Assembly (NCBI GenBank): GCA_951406725.2
Contig: OX597814.1
Coordinates: 149,482,001-149,546,000 of the forward strand
Direction of reading: 5' to 3'
DNA: 64,000 nucleotides
Source: Octopus vulgaris
Lineage: Eukaryota
The notes below the pieces were generated by a model. It did not search any database. It saw only the letters and a list, made by a program, of their open reading frames with translations, and was not told the origin of the DNA. The position numbers were made by a program, and so were the translations under genes. Numbering within the stretch: position 1 is the stretch's first letter; each line of letters opens with the position of its first letter. Positions 13,527-25,816 of this stretch are shown piece after piece.

Positions 13527-13749
13527 ACTGTTATTTTCACTTTTGCGGGAATTAGACGACAGTTTATTCACTGCACACTGTATATGTGTGACTATCAGTC
13601 TGTCGGTATGTGTGCGTGCGTGTGTGTGTATGCATGCGTGTGTGTGTGTGTGTGTGTTTATGTGTGTGTATACACATATATATACACTTATATGTATGTA
13701 TGTATATACACATACACACATTTATATGTATGCATACATACACATGTGT

Positions 13750-14995
13750 GCATAAATAATGCGGGTTTTTATAATTCTCTTATTTTCCAAAATTAAGATA
13801 AAGTTCTTTTTTAATCTAAAATATACTCTCCTTCATTTTTTACAATGCCCTTCCATCTATCTGTTAGACTTGCAAGCCCCTCTTCCAAAATTCACTTGTC
13901 CGTGACGAAAAATACTATTCCAGTACTGTTCTGACCTCATCTATAAAATTTCTATTTTTTCCATTCAAATGTTTTTGAAGAATGCGAAATAGATAATAAT
14001 CAGATGGAGCAATGTCTGGCGAATATTGTGGGTGGGGCATGGTTTTCCATTCAAACTGCTCCAAACTTTCGAATGTCATGCTCGCTGTATGTGGCCGAAC
14101 ATTATCCCGATGGAAGAACACCGTTCGTCTTGAAACCAAAGATGGTCGTTTCTCTTCTAGGGCTGACTTAAGGTGCTCAAGTTGCTCGCAATAAATCTCT
14201 TTTGTTATCGTTGGCTTTGAGTTAAAAATTTTAAAGTGAATTAACCCTTTCATATCCCACCAAACAGATAACAACATGTGGTGAAAACCTTCTTTGGCCA
14301 AGGGTGCCGGTGTTTCTCCTTTCCCTACCCACTGTCTGCGGCGCTTGACATTTTTATAGAGAACCCATTTCTCATTGCCAGTCACTATTCAGTTCAAAAA
14401 TGATTTATTCTTGAGACGTGATAGCAAAAAGGAGCACACATTCACTCTCAAATTTGTGAGGAACTCATTGATCCAAATTGCTGACTTTGTTGATGGCACG
14501 CAGGTGTCGATGAATGGTTGAATGACCAAATCCGAGCTTCTCTGCTAGTTCCTCAACAGCTACAATAGGATTTTGCTCCACCAGGTTTTGCAGGACGTCC
14601 TCGTCGAGCTTCACAGATCTTCAAGGATGAGGCTCGTCTTGTAGGTTGTAGTTTCTGGCTCGAAATTTCTTGGACCACCACTGATACTGGCTTACGCTTA
14701 TTGTCCCTTCTTCATATACTGCATCAATATTCCTGGCACTTTGCTTTTCATTGCCTTTATTGAATTCATAAAGCAAAATATGGCGAATATGCTCCTTTGT
14801 TACTTCCGTTATAGCTTTGAAAAAGTAACTGTTAAAATCGAACTGCACTCTTCAAAACATGTACTAACAATAAGTTCAAGGTAAAACCACCACCTTCTTT
14901 TATAGCAAATTGATGCAAGTAGTTTATCTTACCCACCCTCCGGCTTTTAGTTCATGCAACTGAAAAAGACTGCACTATTTGTGGGAAGACCCAAT
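13750..14995 (-). mobile_element. Mariner (DD34D) transposon with disrupted transposase
   Basis: ORFs 14621-14848 (HTH, HIRHILLYEF) and 13915-14385 (TGNEKW, HRDNVRPH, YSPDIAPSDYYLF); degenerate TIRs. Confidence 0.9.
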
Positions 14996-15061
14996 ATACA
15001 AATATATACTTATACGGGATCAGTTATATAAACACACACACATATATATATATGTTTGTAA

Positions 15062-15109
<48 letters not shown>

Positions 15110-15125
15110 GCACTCTCCCATATAC

Positions 15126-15288
<163 letters not shown>

Positions 15289-15997
15289 ATTTGTAATGTC
15301 AGGAAAACAAATGGGAAAGAACGGCAAATATCACCCTTATATATTCCAACTGAGAAATATTGCTTTCATATAGTCTGAGTGTGAGTATGTCACCATAAAT
15401 TACTGACTAGGGAAAAGAATGCATTTCAGAGGGAATAATTCATACCCTAATGCATTGAATGTCGATCAAAATAGACAAGAAGAAAATATCATCACTGATC
15501 ACATTTATTCATATGCCATATGTGCGAACACATTTATACATGTGCATAGATATCAAATATATATATATATACAAACATCTACATTCAAACATGTGCATAT
15601 GCGTGTGTTTGTGTGTGTGTGTGTGTGTATGTGTGTGTAAATATTAATATATGTATAGCTGGGCCACCAAAATTCCAGTTAGAACAGCGGTGGTTGTGTG
15701 ATTGTCTTGTTCAAAAACGGCTATGAGTGGCATCCCTTTGAGTTAATATATATAGATAAAAGTAGCGTGGAAAGACAAACAATTAGGCAACGCAGGGCAA
15801 GGACATTTAATTTGATTTAATTCAATCTAAATGTAGCAAAATAATGTATGTTAAAAATAGTACAAAATTTTTACCATTTTGTACAATTTTTACCATTCTT
15901 TATGTAGCTAAACTTTAGATTGAATTACAAATGCACACAAACACACACACGGACGCACACATACAAAAACACACACAATCACACACATATTCTTTTA

Positions 15998-16490
15998 TTC
16001 TTTTACTTGTTTCAGTCATTTGACTGCGCCCATGCTGCAGCTCCACCATTAGTCGAACGAATCGACTGTAGGACTTATTCTTATCGTCTCTTCTGCCGAA
16101 CCGCTAAGTTACGGGAACGTAAGTGCACTAACATCGGTTATCAAACGATGGTGAGGTGACAGACGCAGGCACACAGGCATATACGTACATATATATATAT
16201 ATAAAGTTAATCCAAACATGAAAAGACAACAACGCGAGGACGTGGAACAAATATAGTATTATTGGACGCTCAGGAAGGAAGGGAAGACGGAGGAAAAATT
16301 CGCCAACGGTATACACGCGGTCACATTTTATGCGACGGGCTTCTTTCAGTTTCCGCCAACCAAATCCACTCACAAGGATTTGGTCGTCCGCGGCTTTAGT
16401 AGAAAACACTTACCCAAGGTGCCATGCAGTGGAACTGAACCCGGAACCATGTGGCTGGTAAGCAAGTTACGTACCACATAGCTCCTCCTA
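15998..16490 (-). mobile_element. SINE family A with a deleted copy of the 6405 module in its central microsatellite
   Basis: SINE A blocks flank 16206-16329. Confidence 0.8.
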
Positions 16491-16565
16491 TGTATATATA
16501 TGTGTATATGTAGGCACTGTTATACATGCATATACATATACATGCATATACATGCATATACATAT

Positions 16566-16770
16566 GGTACTCTGTCTGTTACGACGACGAGTGTTTCCAG
16601 TTGATCCGATCAACGGACAGCTTGCTCATGAAATTAACATGGATGTGGCTGAGCACTCCACAAACACGTGAACCTTTAACGTAGTCTTCAAGGAGATTCA
16701 GGCTGACACAGTGTGTGACAAGGCTGGTCCTTTGAAATGCAGGTACTACTAATTTTTGTCAGCTGAGTAT
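16566..16770 (-). mobile_element. 3' half of a SINE (family C-related)
   Basis: Reverse complement aligns with 55258-55408. Confidence 0.7.
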
Positions 16771-17349
16771 AATATATGTATGTAATATTTTTGTTAGTTA
16801 TTAAAGTGTGTAAATTATGAAAAGATTAGTGCTGAAGTGAAATTTCAGCTGTTTTAAACATATGTCCACATAAATATATCAAAATGTTCATATCAGTTAA
16901 TCAAATTTATGAAAAAAATGTTTGATACAAAACAAAAGAAAAATCTATGGACTAAATATCACTAAATTGCTGACTGATACAGTCAGTACAACATTAAGTT
17001 CACTTTATTTCTCAGCATTTGCTTTTGATATTTTCATTTTCATTTCAATTCTTAACTGGTATCTTGTTCGTCTCTCTCATTCTTATCGTTCGCATTCAGT
17101 CAAAACCATTTGTCAGACACTAACCAAATAACCAAGATCTTTTACACAAGGACTTTGCCTTGAACTATTTAGTATTTTACGGCACACACATGCGCTCATG
17201 CTCACACACGTAAACTATACATATACATATATTTTTTATGCGTCTATATATGTATAGCTTTATATACACGTATGATTGAATATGTACATACACACACGCA
17301 CACACACACACATATATATATATGTATGTATGTATACATGTGTCCTATT

Positions 17350-17482
17350 TTGGTGTGTTTACGTTCCCGTAGCCTAGCGGTTCGGCAAAACAGACCGATA
17401 GAATAAGTTCTGGGGTCGATTTCTTCGACTAAAGGTAGTGCTGAAGCATGGCTGCAGTCAAATTACTGAAACAAAAGAATAA
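17350..17482 (+). mobile_element. SINE family A, 3' fragment
   Basis: ggtgtgtttacg...cggttcggcaaaa...ggggtcgat...ctgaaac. Confidence 0.75.
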
Positions 17483-17814
17483 ATATATATATATATATAA
17501 CCATGTGTGTATGCATATGTGTGCATATGTATATATACATGTGTGTGTGAGTGTGTCTATGTGTATAAATCTTTGGATATATCGGATATCACAATCAATT
17601 CAATATGGACCGATTTGTATATTGTACCATTGAATTATTATTACTTATGTATTAGAAACCTGTGTTGGATTTTTATCTGGTGCAATTCAGAATAGATTTA
17701 GCTTTGATTGAATAGACACCAGTTGATCGATTAAGTTAGCCAAGTTTGGATAGCTGCAGAGTAATTACAAAGTGCCTGCCTTATGATTTTATATTGTATT
17801 ATATTATACACACA

Positions 17815-19000
17815 CGCGCGCGCATACAATGAAGGAATTCCAACCGCGTTTCGTGGTTTGTTACCTCAACAGTATCTTTATAGGACCCAGTGGCTAAAGA
17901 CATCATCAGGAGGAACCACGTCCGGTTTCGGCCCCTATTTCTCTACCGTTTCGACGTGGCGGGGCCCTCCACCTTTCGGAGGTGTCTTCAGCTCTGGTGT
18001 TGAGTGCATTTCTTCTTTGTCCTTCTTTCTTCCTTCTTTCTGCGGGTGACTGACCATCCTGTCAAATTTCCCTTTAAATACTCGCTACTCCAACAGCCAG
18101 CACCAGCTAGCTGTCACGTGACGCTGTCTAAACATCAACTGAAGGTTTAGAGATCATTTTTTCGTACCTCTTCTCCTTCCGTTGTTCTGCATTGCCGATG
18201 TTCTCTTCCCATGGCACTGTCAGCTCTAGCAAAATTTCAATTCTCTGTTCTATGTTCCATAGGATTAAGTCTGGTCTTTTTGTCGTTTTTATGAATGGAA
18301 ATACTGTCAGTCTTTCCAAATCCGTGGCCAGCTCCCAATATCCCTTCTCTAAAACTGCCTTCCAATAGTGTCGTGTTAGTTTCAGTTCCAGCAGTCAGAG
18401 CCGACCAGCTTTTTGGTGGTACAAGCTTTCGAACCAGGAGGAGGGGGCGCTATGAACGAGACCGCTACCTGCCAATCAGCGATGCTGCTTAAGTGTCAGC
18501 AAGTCTCACTTAGCGATGCTATTTCCCAGCCAGTATGTAATGGCTTTCAAGCCACTTTCGGTCTTCTCGCGTCAGCCACATATAGAAACTCGCTTTTTCG
18601 ACTGCCTCCTGTATCCTCCTTATTACTTTCCCAGCTCTGAGCTCGAAACTGCCAACCTTCTTTCGAATACGTTATCATTTTCTTTTCATTGAAGCCTCTA
18701 GCGCCCACTGCCAGGTGTTAATACTCGACAGTCCATCCCTATTCTCTGCACTCTTCGATTATTTTTTCCTACCTTTTCTCCTTCCGTTGCTCTGCATTGC
18801 CGATGTTCTCTTCCCATGGCACTGTCAGCTCTAGCAAAATTTCAATTCTCTGTTCTATGTTCCATAGGATTAAGTCCGGTCTTTTTGTCGTTTTAATGAA
18901 TGGAAATATTATCAGTCTTTCCAAATCCGTGGCCAGCTCCCAATATCCCTTCCATCTTTCGTCTGTCTCGTATATTTTATTTGAAGGCCTGGCCTTGTGT
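17815..19000 (-). mobile_element. 5'-truncated RLE-type non-LTR retrotransposon (Hero-like) with duplicated endonuclease segment and structured 3' region
   Basis: WELATDLER..KRPDLILWN..ILLELTVPWEE..RK..RY is a PD-(D/E)xK restriction-like endonuclease; then CRE*GW..HLAVGARGF and EKASFYMWL; 18156-18347 duplicates 18761-18952. Confidence 0.8.
17896..17959 (-). ncRNA. Hammerhead ribozyme candidate with non-circularly permuted strand order
   Basis: RNA CCACGUC GAAA CGG UA GAGAAAU AGGGGCC GAAA CCG GACGUGG UUCCUC CUGAUGA UGUCUUU; intact core, all three stems can pair. Confidence 0.6.
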
Positions 19001-19122
19001 CCTTTTCCCTCCTATTGCGCTTTTCCACTTGTTCATTGTTCTCGGTTCTGTTTATTTCTTGGGCTATTAGTCAAGTATATAAGCATTGATGTAGCGGATA
19101 TCTTATATTTTGTCTTTCGGAG

Positions 19123-19198
19123 AACCTAGTTCACAAAGACTAACCAGATTTACAATAACAAACATATTGTGGAAAGTCCGAAACGTGAGTCCTAGGTT
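19123..19198 (+). ncRNA. Type I hammerhead-like scaffold with U3-A8 core and G5C change
   Basis: AACCUAG-UUCACAA-a-GACU..AGUC-c-GAAA-C guga G-UC-CUAGGUU; perfect 7-bp stem I. Confidence 0.55.
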
Positions 19199-19390
19199 AT
19201 CTATTTTCTCTGGCGTTCTTCTGGGGGCAATACGAAATTTTTGTAAATTCGCCGCCCGTACACGTCTTTGCCTTTGACATTCAATGAAGATTTATAATAG
19301 CATCGTACGATTATCTACTATTATTTCCAGCATTGTTGGGGCACTATTATTGTGCCACTATTTCCTATATATATATATATATATATATAT

Positions 19391-21001
19391 AGTTGCGACC
19401 AAAATGTTCAGAACGGCATTGTTTTCGTCAGAAAAGTAGGTATAAGTTTTTATTAAAGTTGTTTTATATTCTATAATTTTCACACACAATAAATACAATA
19501 TTAATTATTATTGTCTGAGAGGATAATACAAAAGTTATGGATGATTTAGTGATTTACTTTAAAACCCATGGCAGCCAAAAGTATCAGAACGGTTGAAAAA
19601 AATAACAAAATAATCAAAAATGACAGAGAATACTCGAATTATTTAATATCTAGTGTGAAGGCATTTAGCTTCAATCACACTTTGACATCTTCGACTGCAT
19701 GAGGAAATTAAATTTTCAATTTCTTGCTGGGTGATCTTATTCCATTTTTCCCGAAGGGCTTTCCATAATTGCTCGGTTGTTTTAGGATTTCTGGCTTTCG
19801 AACGTTCTCCTACAATATTCCACACAATTTCAATAGGATTGAGATCTGGGTTTTGAGCAGGCCAATCCATAACAATAATCTTTTCAGCCTTGAGAAAGTT
19901 CATGACCACCTTAGCCTTGTGACATGGGGCATTGTCGTGCATGAATATGGGTGGTCGCTTAGTTGAATTTCTCAGCACAGGCAAGACATGATCTTTTACA
20001 AGTTGTTTATAAACTCCTGCACTTACCTTTCCATGTAATCGCACCAAAGGGCCCACACCATCTCCAGATATCATCCCCCAAACCATGACACTTCCTCCAC
20101 CGAATTTAACACTAGTCTTAAGGCATTTAGGCGACAAATTTTCCCCTACTTTTCGACGAACGTACCTTTTCCCATCTGTGAGCCAAATAACAAACTTAGA
20201 TTCATCACGGAAATGCGCCTTTTGCCATTTTTCTTGAGACCACAACACATGTTCGGTTGCAAAGGTAAGACGACACTTTTTATTCTTGGAGCTGATCAGT
20301 GGCTTCACTGCAGGCGCTCTTGCTTTTAGGTTATGTTCAACTAAACGACGAGACACAGTTTTTCGAGATAAAGTTTTCTTCAGTACAATGCTCGTTTCCC
20401 GAGAAACAGCAGCAGCAATTTTAAATCTGTTCTTTTTAACCAACTTTACCATAGCACGAGCTTCTCTATTGGTCGTTTTTCTTGGCCTACCTGTAAATGT
20501 TCTTGCTTCACATGAACCACAATCATCGTAGACCTTAAGAATACCGTGAACACCACTTTTTCACTTGTTAACAATCTTTGCAATAGACCCAATACTTAAA
20601 TTATCCTTCTTTCGAAGCTTAATAATCTGCTGACGAATTGGGAACGGAGTAAGTGGCATTATATTAACAAAGTACACTGCAGATATTCTTACTAATGTTT
20701 AGTAAACTAACCGTCAGGTAAACAAATTCAAAACATTGGAGTTCACCGGTCAAATATACTAAAACACGGAGTAAAAGCAACCGTTCTGATCATTTTGGCC
20801 GCCATGGGCTTTGCAGTAAATCACTAAATTATCCATAACTTTTGTATTATCCTCTCAAATTACGCCAAAATCTCAGACAATAACAATTAATATTGTGTTT
20901 ATTGTGTGTGAAAATTATAGAAACTAAAACAACTTTGATAAAAAATTATATTTACTTTTCTGACAAAAACAATGCCGTTCTGAACATTTTGGCCGCAACT
21001 G
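19391..21001 (-). mobile_element. Full-length Tc1-family transposon with ~200-bp IR/DR-type terminal inverted repeats, inserted in (TA)n
   Basis: Ends agttgcgaccaaaatgttcagaacggcattg and caatgccgttctgaacattttggccgcaactg; inner repeats at ~19570-19596 and ~20778-20805. Confidence 0.95.
19643..20659 (-). pseudogene. Tc1-like DD34E transposase, 338 codons, one in-frame TGA at codon 33
   Basis: ATG at 20659, in frame with ORF 19643-20452; GRPRKTT, FRDESKF, HDNAPCH with D-34aa-E spacing to PDLNPIE; stop at 20563-20561. Confidence 0.9.
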
Positions 21002-21021
21002 TATATATATATATATATATA

Positions 21022-21266
21022 CATTGGGTTGGCAACTATGTTCCCGACGATTTTTAGATTAAAATTTTTTTTAAAGGTTTAATAAAAAATAACAACTAAT
21101 TAATCAACAATGCATTCACCCTTGTTGTTTACAATTTTTTCCCAACGTTCAACTAGATTTTCAATACCTCGTTGGTAGAAATCACCCGATTTCAACTCGA
21201 AAAATTGATCCAACCAAGCTCTCAATTCTGCATTAGTAATGAACGAAACTCCGCGCATAGCATTTA
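21022..21266 (-). mobile_element. Mariner 3' terminal fragment
   Basis: TIR-like attgggttggcaactatg; C-terminus FYQRGIENLVERWEKIVNNKGE. Confidence 0.85.
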
Positions 21267-21279
21267 CATATATATATTT

Positions 21280-21317
<38 letters not shown>

Positions 21318-21330
21318 AAATATATATATA

Positions 21331-21405
21331 CTCTTTACTCTTTTACTCTTTTACTTGTTTCAGTCATTTGACTGCGGCCATGCTGGAGCACCGCCTTTAG
21401 TCGAG

Positions 21406-21406
<1 letters not shown>
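21331..21406 (-). mobile_element. SINE family A, 3' tail
   Basis: gtttcagtcatttgactgcggccatgctggagcaccgcctttagtcgag. Confidence 0.8.
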
Positions 21407-21456
<50 letters not shown>

Positions 21457-21519
21457 CATATATATATATATATATTTTTACACACATATATATATATATA
21501 TATAGATATATATATACAC

Positions 21520-21559
<40 letters not shown>

Positions 21560-21899
21560 TGATATATATATATGTATGTATGTATATGTATGTATGTGTG
21601 TGTATGTATATATGTTTGTATGTATGTATGTATGTATGTATAGATGTATAGAACTGAATCTGAATTTCTCTATAAAATTCCTCAGACTTCTATAAAATTG
21701 TTTTATGCTAAAAATATACAATAATGTGAATAGAAAACTGAAATATTTAAATACCATTATCTTTTGCAGAGTTGTTTCTTATCAATAATAAGTGTGTTAC
21801 AGTGAAGTACACGTCATATTCAAACAGTTGTACTGACAAATCCATTTTGAAGAAAACATATCAAATTAAAATACGTGATACTAAATATATTGGATTATA

Positions 21900-23100
21900 T
21901 AATAGATTGAATATTTTTTTTTAATAAAGTTTAAACTATGTTAAAATAAATTCTAAGTAATGTAAAATACAAGAGTACTTCTTATGGAATAGTTCTTGAG
22001 TATGTAACCATGTAGTCTGCAACAGGATGTTGAAAGACAAGATTTAATAACGTTAACTTCCGTAAAATAGACACAATAAAACTTAATAAATCGATGCTTA
22101 CGGAAAAAATGTTCAGTTGAATAAGTATATAAATATAATTCATTGTGAGATATTAATTGAATCTAAGATTAAACAATTAAATGAATGTGTTAAATGATGA
22201 AACTCTACTAGAGTCTAAATTCAGGGATTTATATTACTAAATTCCAAATCTATAATAATTATAAGATCCATCTGTGTCACGGAAAACGCACTGTTGCTGA
22301 TAGAAAGCTTAAAGTATATGCTAAATGTGTTTAAATCCGGATGAATATGAACATTCGAGGGTTTACAGTTTAGTAAAACTGCATTCATTTATTAGACATT
22401 ATGGTATGTGTATTGTCTCTAAGTCATTATCTATTTCGAATACAATTAGTCTGAGGTGATTTTTTTATGTACTAAGAATCTTGTGAATGTAGATATAAAA
22501 TATGTCGGTTACGGTGTTGGATATTGGGGACTAGAATTCCATTGGATCTGGAGGTGCACGGCTGATATTGTTTCCTGTTTTTTTAATGTGTACGTTTTTG
22601 AGAAGAATAGAATATTATATTTTGATACTATAATATAAAGGGTATTGGATAAGCTTAAATTTCAAATGTGAGTCGAAAATGTGATGTTGCCTTTTGCTTC
22701 TGGATTTCTAATAGTGTGTATATGTTAATACATTTTTTTTAATTTGAATTTACTTTTAATCCCTTGTATGAAATTGAAATAAAGTTTGTGAAGAGCGTGG
22801 AGAAATAAGTAAATTCTTTAGATTCACGATATTCTTCAAGGAGAAAACTTTTGGTGTTTGTATAATTAGAATTAGACCTTGTTATTAATTCCGGTGGATT
22901 AAAGTTTGTTACTGTTTGATTAATGGATTATGGGATTTTTATTTGTTTCATAGTGATATTTTGATGTTGGAGTTGCGGAAGAAAATATTTCAGGAAGATT
23001 TTGAAACAAGTTTAGCTACGATTATTGGTACTTACAAGGTGAAAAGTAAACCACATTGCAGATTATATAACTTTTTACGCAAAAAAAAGAGTTGAATAAG
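21900..23100 (-). pseudogene. Possible heavily decayed Penelope-like element
   Basis: Scattered minus-strand peptides (TNFNPP, HHIFDSHLKFKL) resemble the PLE linker; AT-rich, no ORF. Confidence 0.2.
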
Positions 23101-23995
23101 CGTAGATTATACTTATCTGAGTAGCTATTTTTTGCTAAGTGCTCTCTACTATTCGATGTTCATACGCATTCACTTAATGACAGATTCAAGATTCATAACT
23201 ATATGTTTTAAATAAAACTATTAATGACATTATTGAAGGAATAGATAATATCTGAGTAAATGGAAGGTTTTATTTTTTTCCTTCATTTTGTTTTATTTTA
23301 TGTAAGATGTATATTAAGTGTTGTCAAGGTTAACTGTAACATTTATAAAATTTAGATTTTTAGCCAAGCAACAAGTACAATTAGATAAAAACAGTTTTGA
23401 AAAAATTCTAAAGTTTATTGTTGGAATATATCAGTCATAAATAATTAGATCAGAGAAAAATTGATGGTAAAAATTATATCAGTAATAAATTAATCGATCA
23501 AAAACTAAAATTTACAGCTTTACGCGAGCTTCAAGTATAATTGGCAATTATTATTTTTTTAAATATGTGAAGTTTTTTGCGGAACCTATAAGTAATAAAT
23601 AATTCGATCAGCGTAATAAATGAATAGTAAAAACATATCAGTAATATACGGATCGATCGGAATAGATATGAAATGATTTGATTATTGATTTTATTTTCTT
23701 GGAAATAAGTTGATTAATCTACCAATATTGATATAAACTACGATAATGTATAAAAGTTTATAAGTAATTAAAATTGTTTTAATTAATTAAAATACAAATA
23801 TAAATAAAACAGCTAAATTTTCTAAAACAGCTAAATTACCCCATAGATATCTAGCTTTGCATTATATAATTTTTAATTAATAAAAATTGCAATCATTTTA
23901 AACTTATAAGATGTTATATATCCTGTTAAATCCGCTCGACCTTAGCTTTATTTCATTATATAACATGTATTGATAATATTTACCAATATTTGTTA

Positions 23996-24196
23996 CTACT
24001 ACAGGCACAAGGTCTGAATTTTAGGAAGAAGCGGCTAATTAATTACATCGACCTCAGTGTTCCACTGATAGTTATCTTATGAAACCGAAAGACTGAAATA
24101 TGAATTCAAACCTGGTTGAATTTGACCTCTGTATATAAAGAAGGACGGAATGTCCCTAATTATTTAGTCCGAAGTGATAGCTTTCCTACCAGCTCA
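23996..24196 (-). mobile_element. SINE family B, decayed
   Basis: Weak similarity to 25441-25673 and 41915-42115. Confidence 0.5.
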
Positions 24197-24329
24197 ATAC
24201 CCTATATTATTTATGAATGATAACTTTAGAAAGGAAAATTTCCATTTCCGAAATAAGAATAGGATTTATAACAATATAAACCGATAATACAGTTATCCTA
24301 GCATATATACGTCAAATATTCACTAAATA

Positions 24330-24915
24330 ACCACTCAACATTTCGTAACCTTTAGTCACTTTCAAACGTGACACGGAGAGCTGCAACGGTGACTACGAAA
24401 CTGTGAAGAGATACACCAGGCTTTCTACTGCGTCCGCACACCTGGATTCATCTTCACATCTTTGAACAGGGCATTAGGCTCAATTCAGACGGCTACGTTA
24501 AGCTGATGTAGACTGTCATCAATACTCGGCTGGAAAGGGTTACTGCTAGAAGGCCATATGTGTGGCAGTAAGATTTGGCTCCTTGCCATTACCTGGTTTC
24601 CTAATTTCTCCAATTGTAATCTCATGCATTATTATGTGAAATAGCAAGACAGAGCTAGTAACCAAGATGAAGGTGTTCGAAGATCTTACAAGGGTCATAA
24701 TGAGAAAAGCATGCGCCAGATTCCGAGGCTGTCTTGAGGCTGCAGTAGAAGCTGAGAACGACTACTTTGAGTAACCTGTTACTTCCCAGTCATTACCTAG
24801 TCGATATCATTTTTCTTCCATTTTTTTTTCTTTTATAGATATTTTTATACTTGGATGGAATATTGAGCTTTCGTTTATTTTTATGCAAGCTATTACATTT
24901 AGTCTGTACATTCTG
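24330..24915 (+). mobile_element. Decayed maT-like (DDD) transposon fragment
   Basis: HIFEQGIRLNSDGYVKLM..RRPYVWQ*DLAPCH, WFPNFSNCNLMHYY, FRGCLEAAVEAE. Confidence 0.7.
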
Positions 24916-24977
24916 TATGTTTTGCCAAAAGTATCGCTTCATTCATTACACTAATCTCATCAATCTGTAACGTGTCG

Positions 24978-25233
24978 AAGAAGAAGAAGAAGAAGAAGAA
25001 GAAGAAGAAGAAGAAGAAGAAGAAGAAGAAGAAGAAAAAAGAAGAAGAAGAAGAAGAAGAAGAAGAAGAAGAAGAAGAAGAAGAAGAAGAAGAAGAAGAA
25101 GAAGAAGAAGAAGAAGAAGAAGAAGAAGAAGAAGAAGAAGAAGAAGAAGAAGAAGAAGAAGAAGAAGAAGAAGAAGAAGAAGAAGAAGAAGAAGAAGAAG
25201 AAGAAGAAGAAGAAGAAGAAGAAGAAGAAGAAG
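24978..25233. repeat. (GAA)n, about 85 units
   Basis: Direct reading, one interruption. Confidence 0.97.
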
Positions 25234-25440
25234 ATTTTCCAACAAAACCACTGGTGCTATCTGAGCTTTAGATCTGCGGTTTTAATTAGATAAAATTTGT
25301 TAATCAATTATACATTACTGCAGTAGCTTCAGTTTTTTTTTTTATATCAGTAAATATTTTATAGGCAAGGACCTACAAATGAAAAACTAAACTATGTAAC
25401 TACGTCGAGTGGCGAATTCGTTATGTTTGAGGTACAATAC

Positions 25441-25673
25441 CTATTTCTTTACTACCCACAAGGGGCTAAACAGAGAGGGAACGAACAAGTACAAACATGG
25501 GTATTAAGTCGATTACATCGATCCCAGTGAGTAACTGATACTTAATTTATCGACCCCAAAAGGATGAAAGGCAAAGTTGACCTCGGCGGAATTTGAACTC
25601 AGAACGTAACGGCAGACGAAATACCGCGAAGCATTTCGGCCAGCGTGCTAACGTTTCTGCCTGCTCGCCGCCT
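25441..25673 (-). mobile_element. tRNA-derived SINE family B with target-site duplication
   Basis: Head ggcggcgagc..ggcagaa; flanks tgtttgaggtac(c)aatacct at 25424-25442 and 25675-25694. Confidence 0.9.
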
Positions 25674-25734
25674 TTGTTTGAGGTACCAATACCTTTCATT
25701 TATACAGCCTCAACTGTTTTTAACGTGATGACTA

Positions 25735-25745
25735 CGATGTGATGG

Positions 25746-25816
<71 letters not shown>

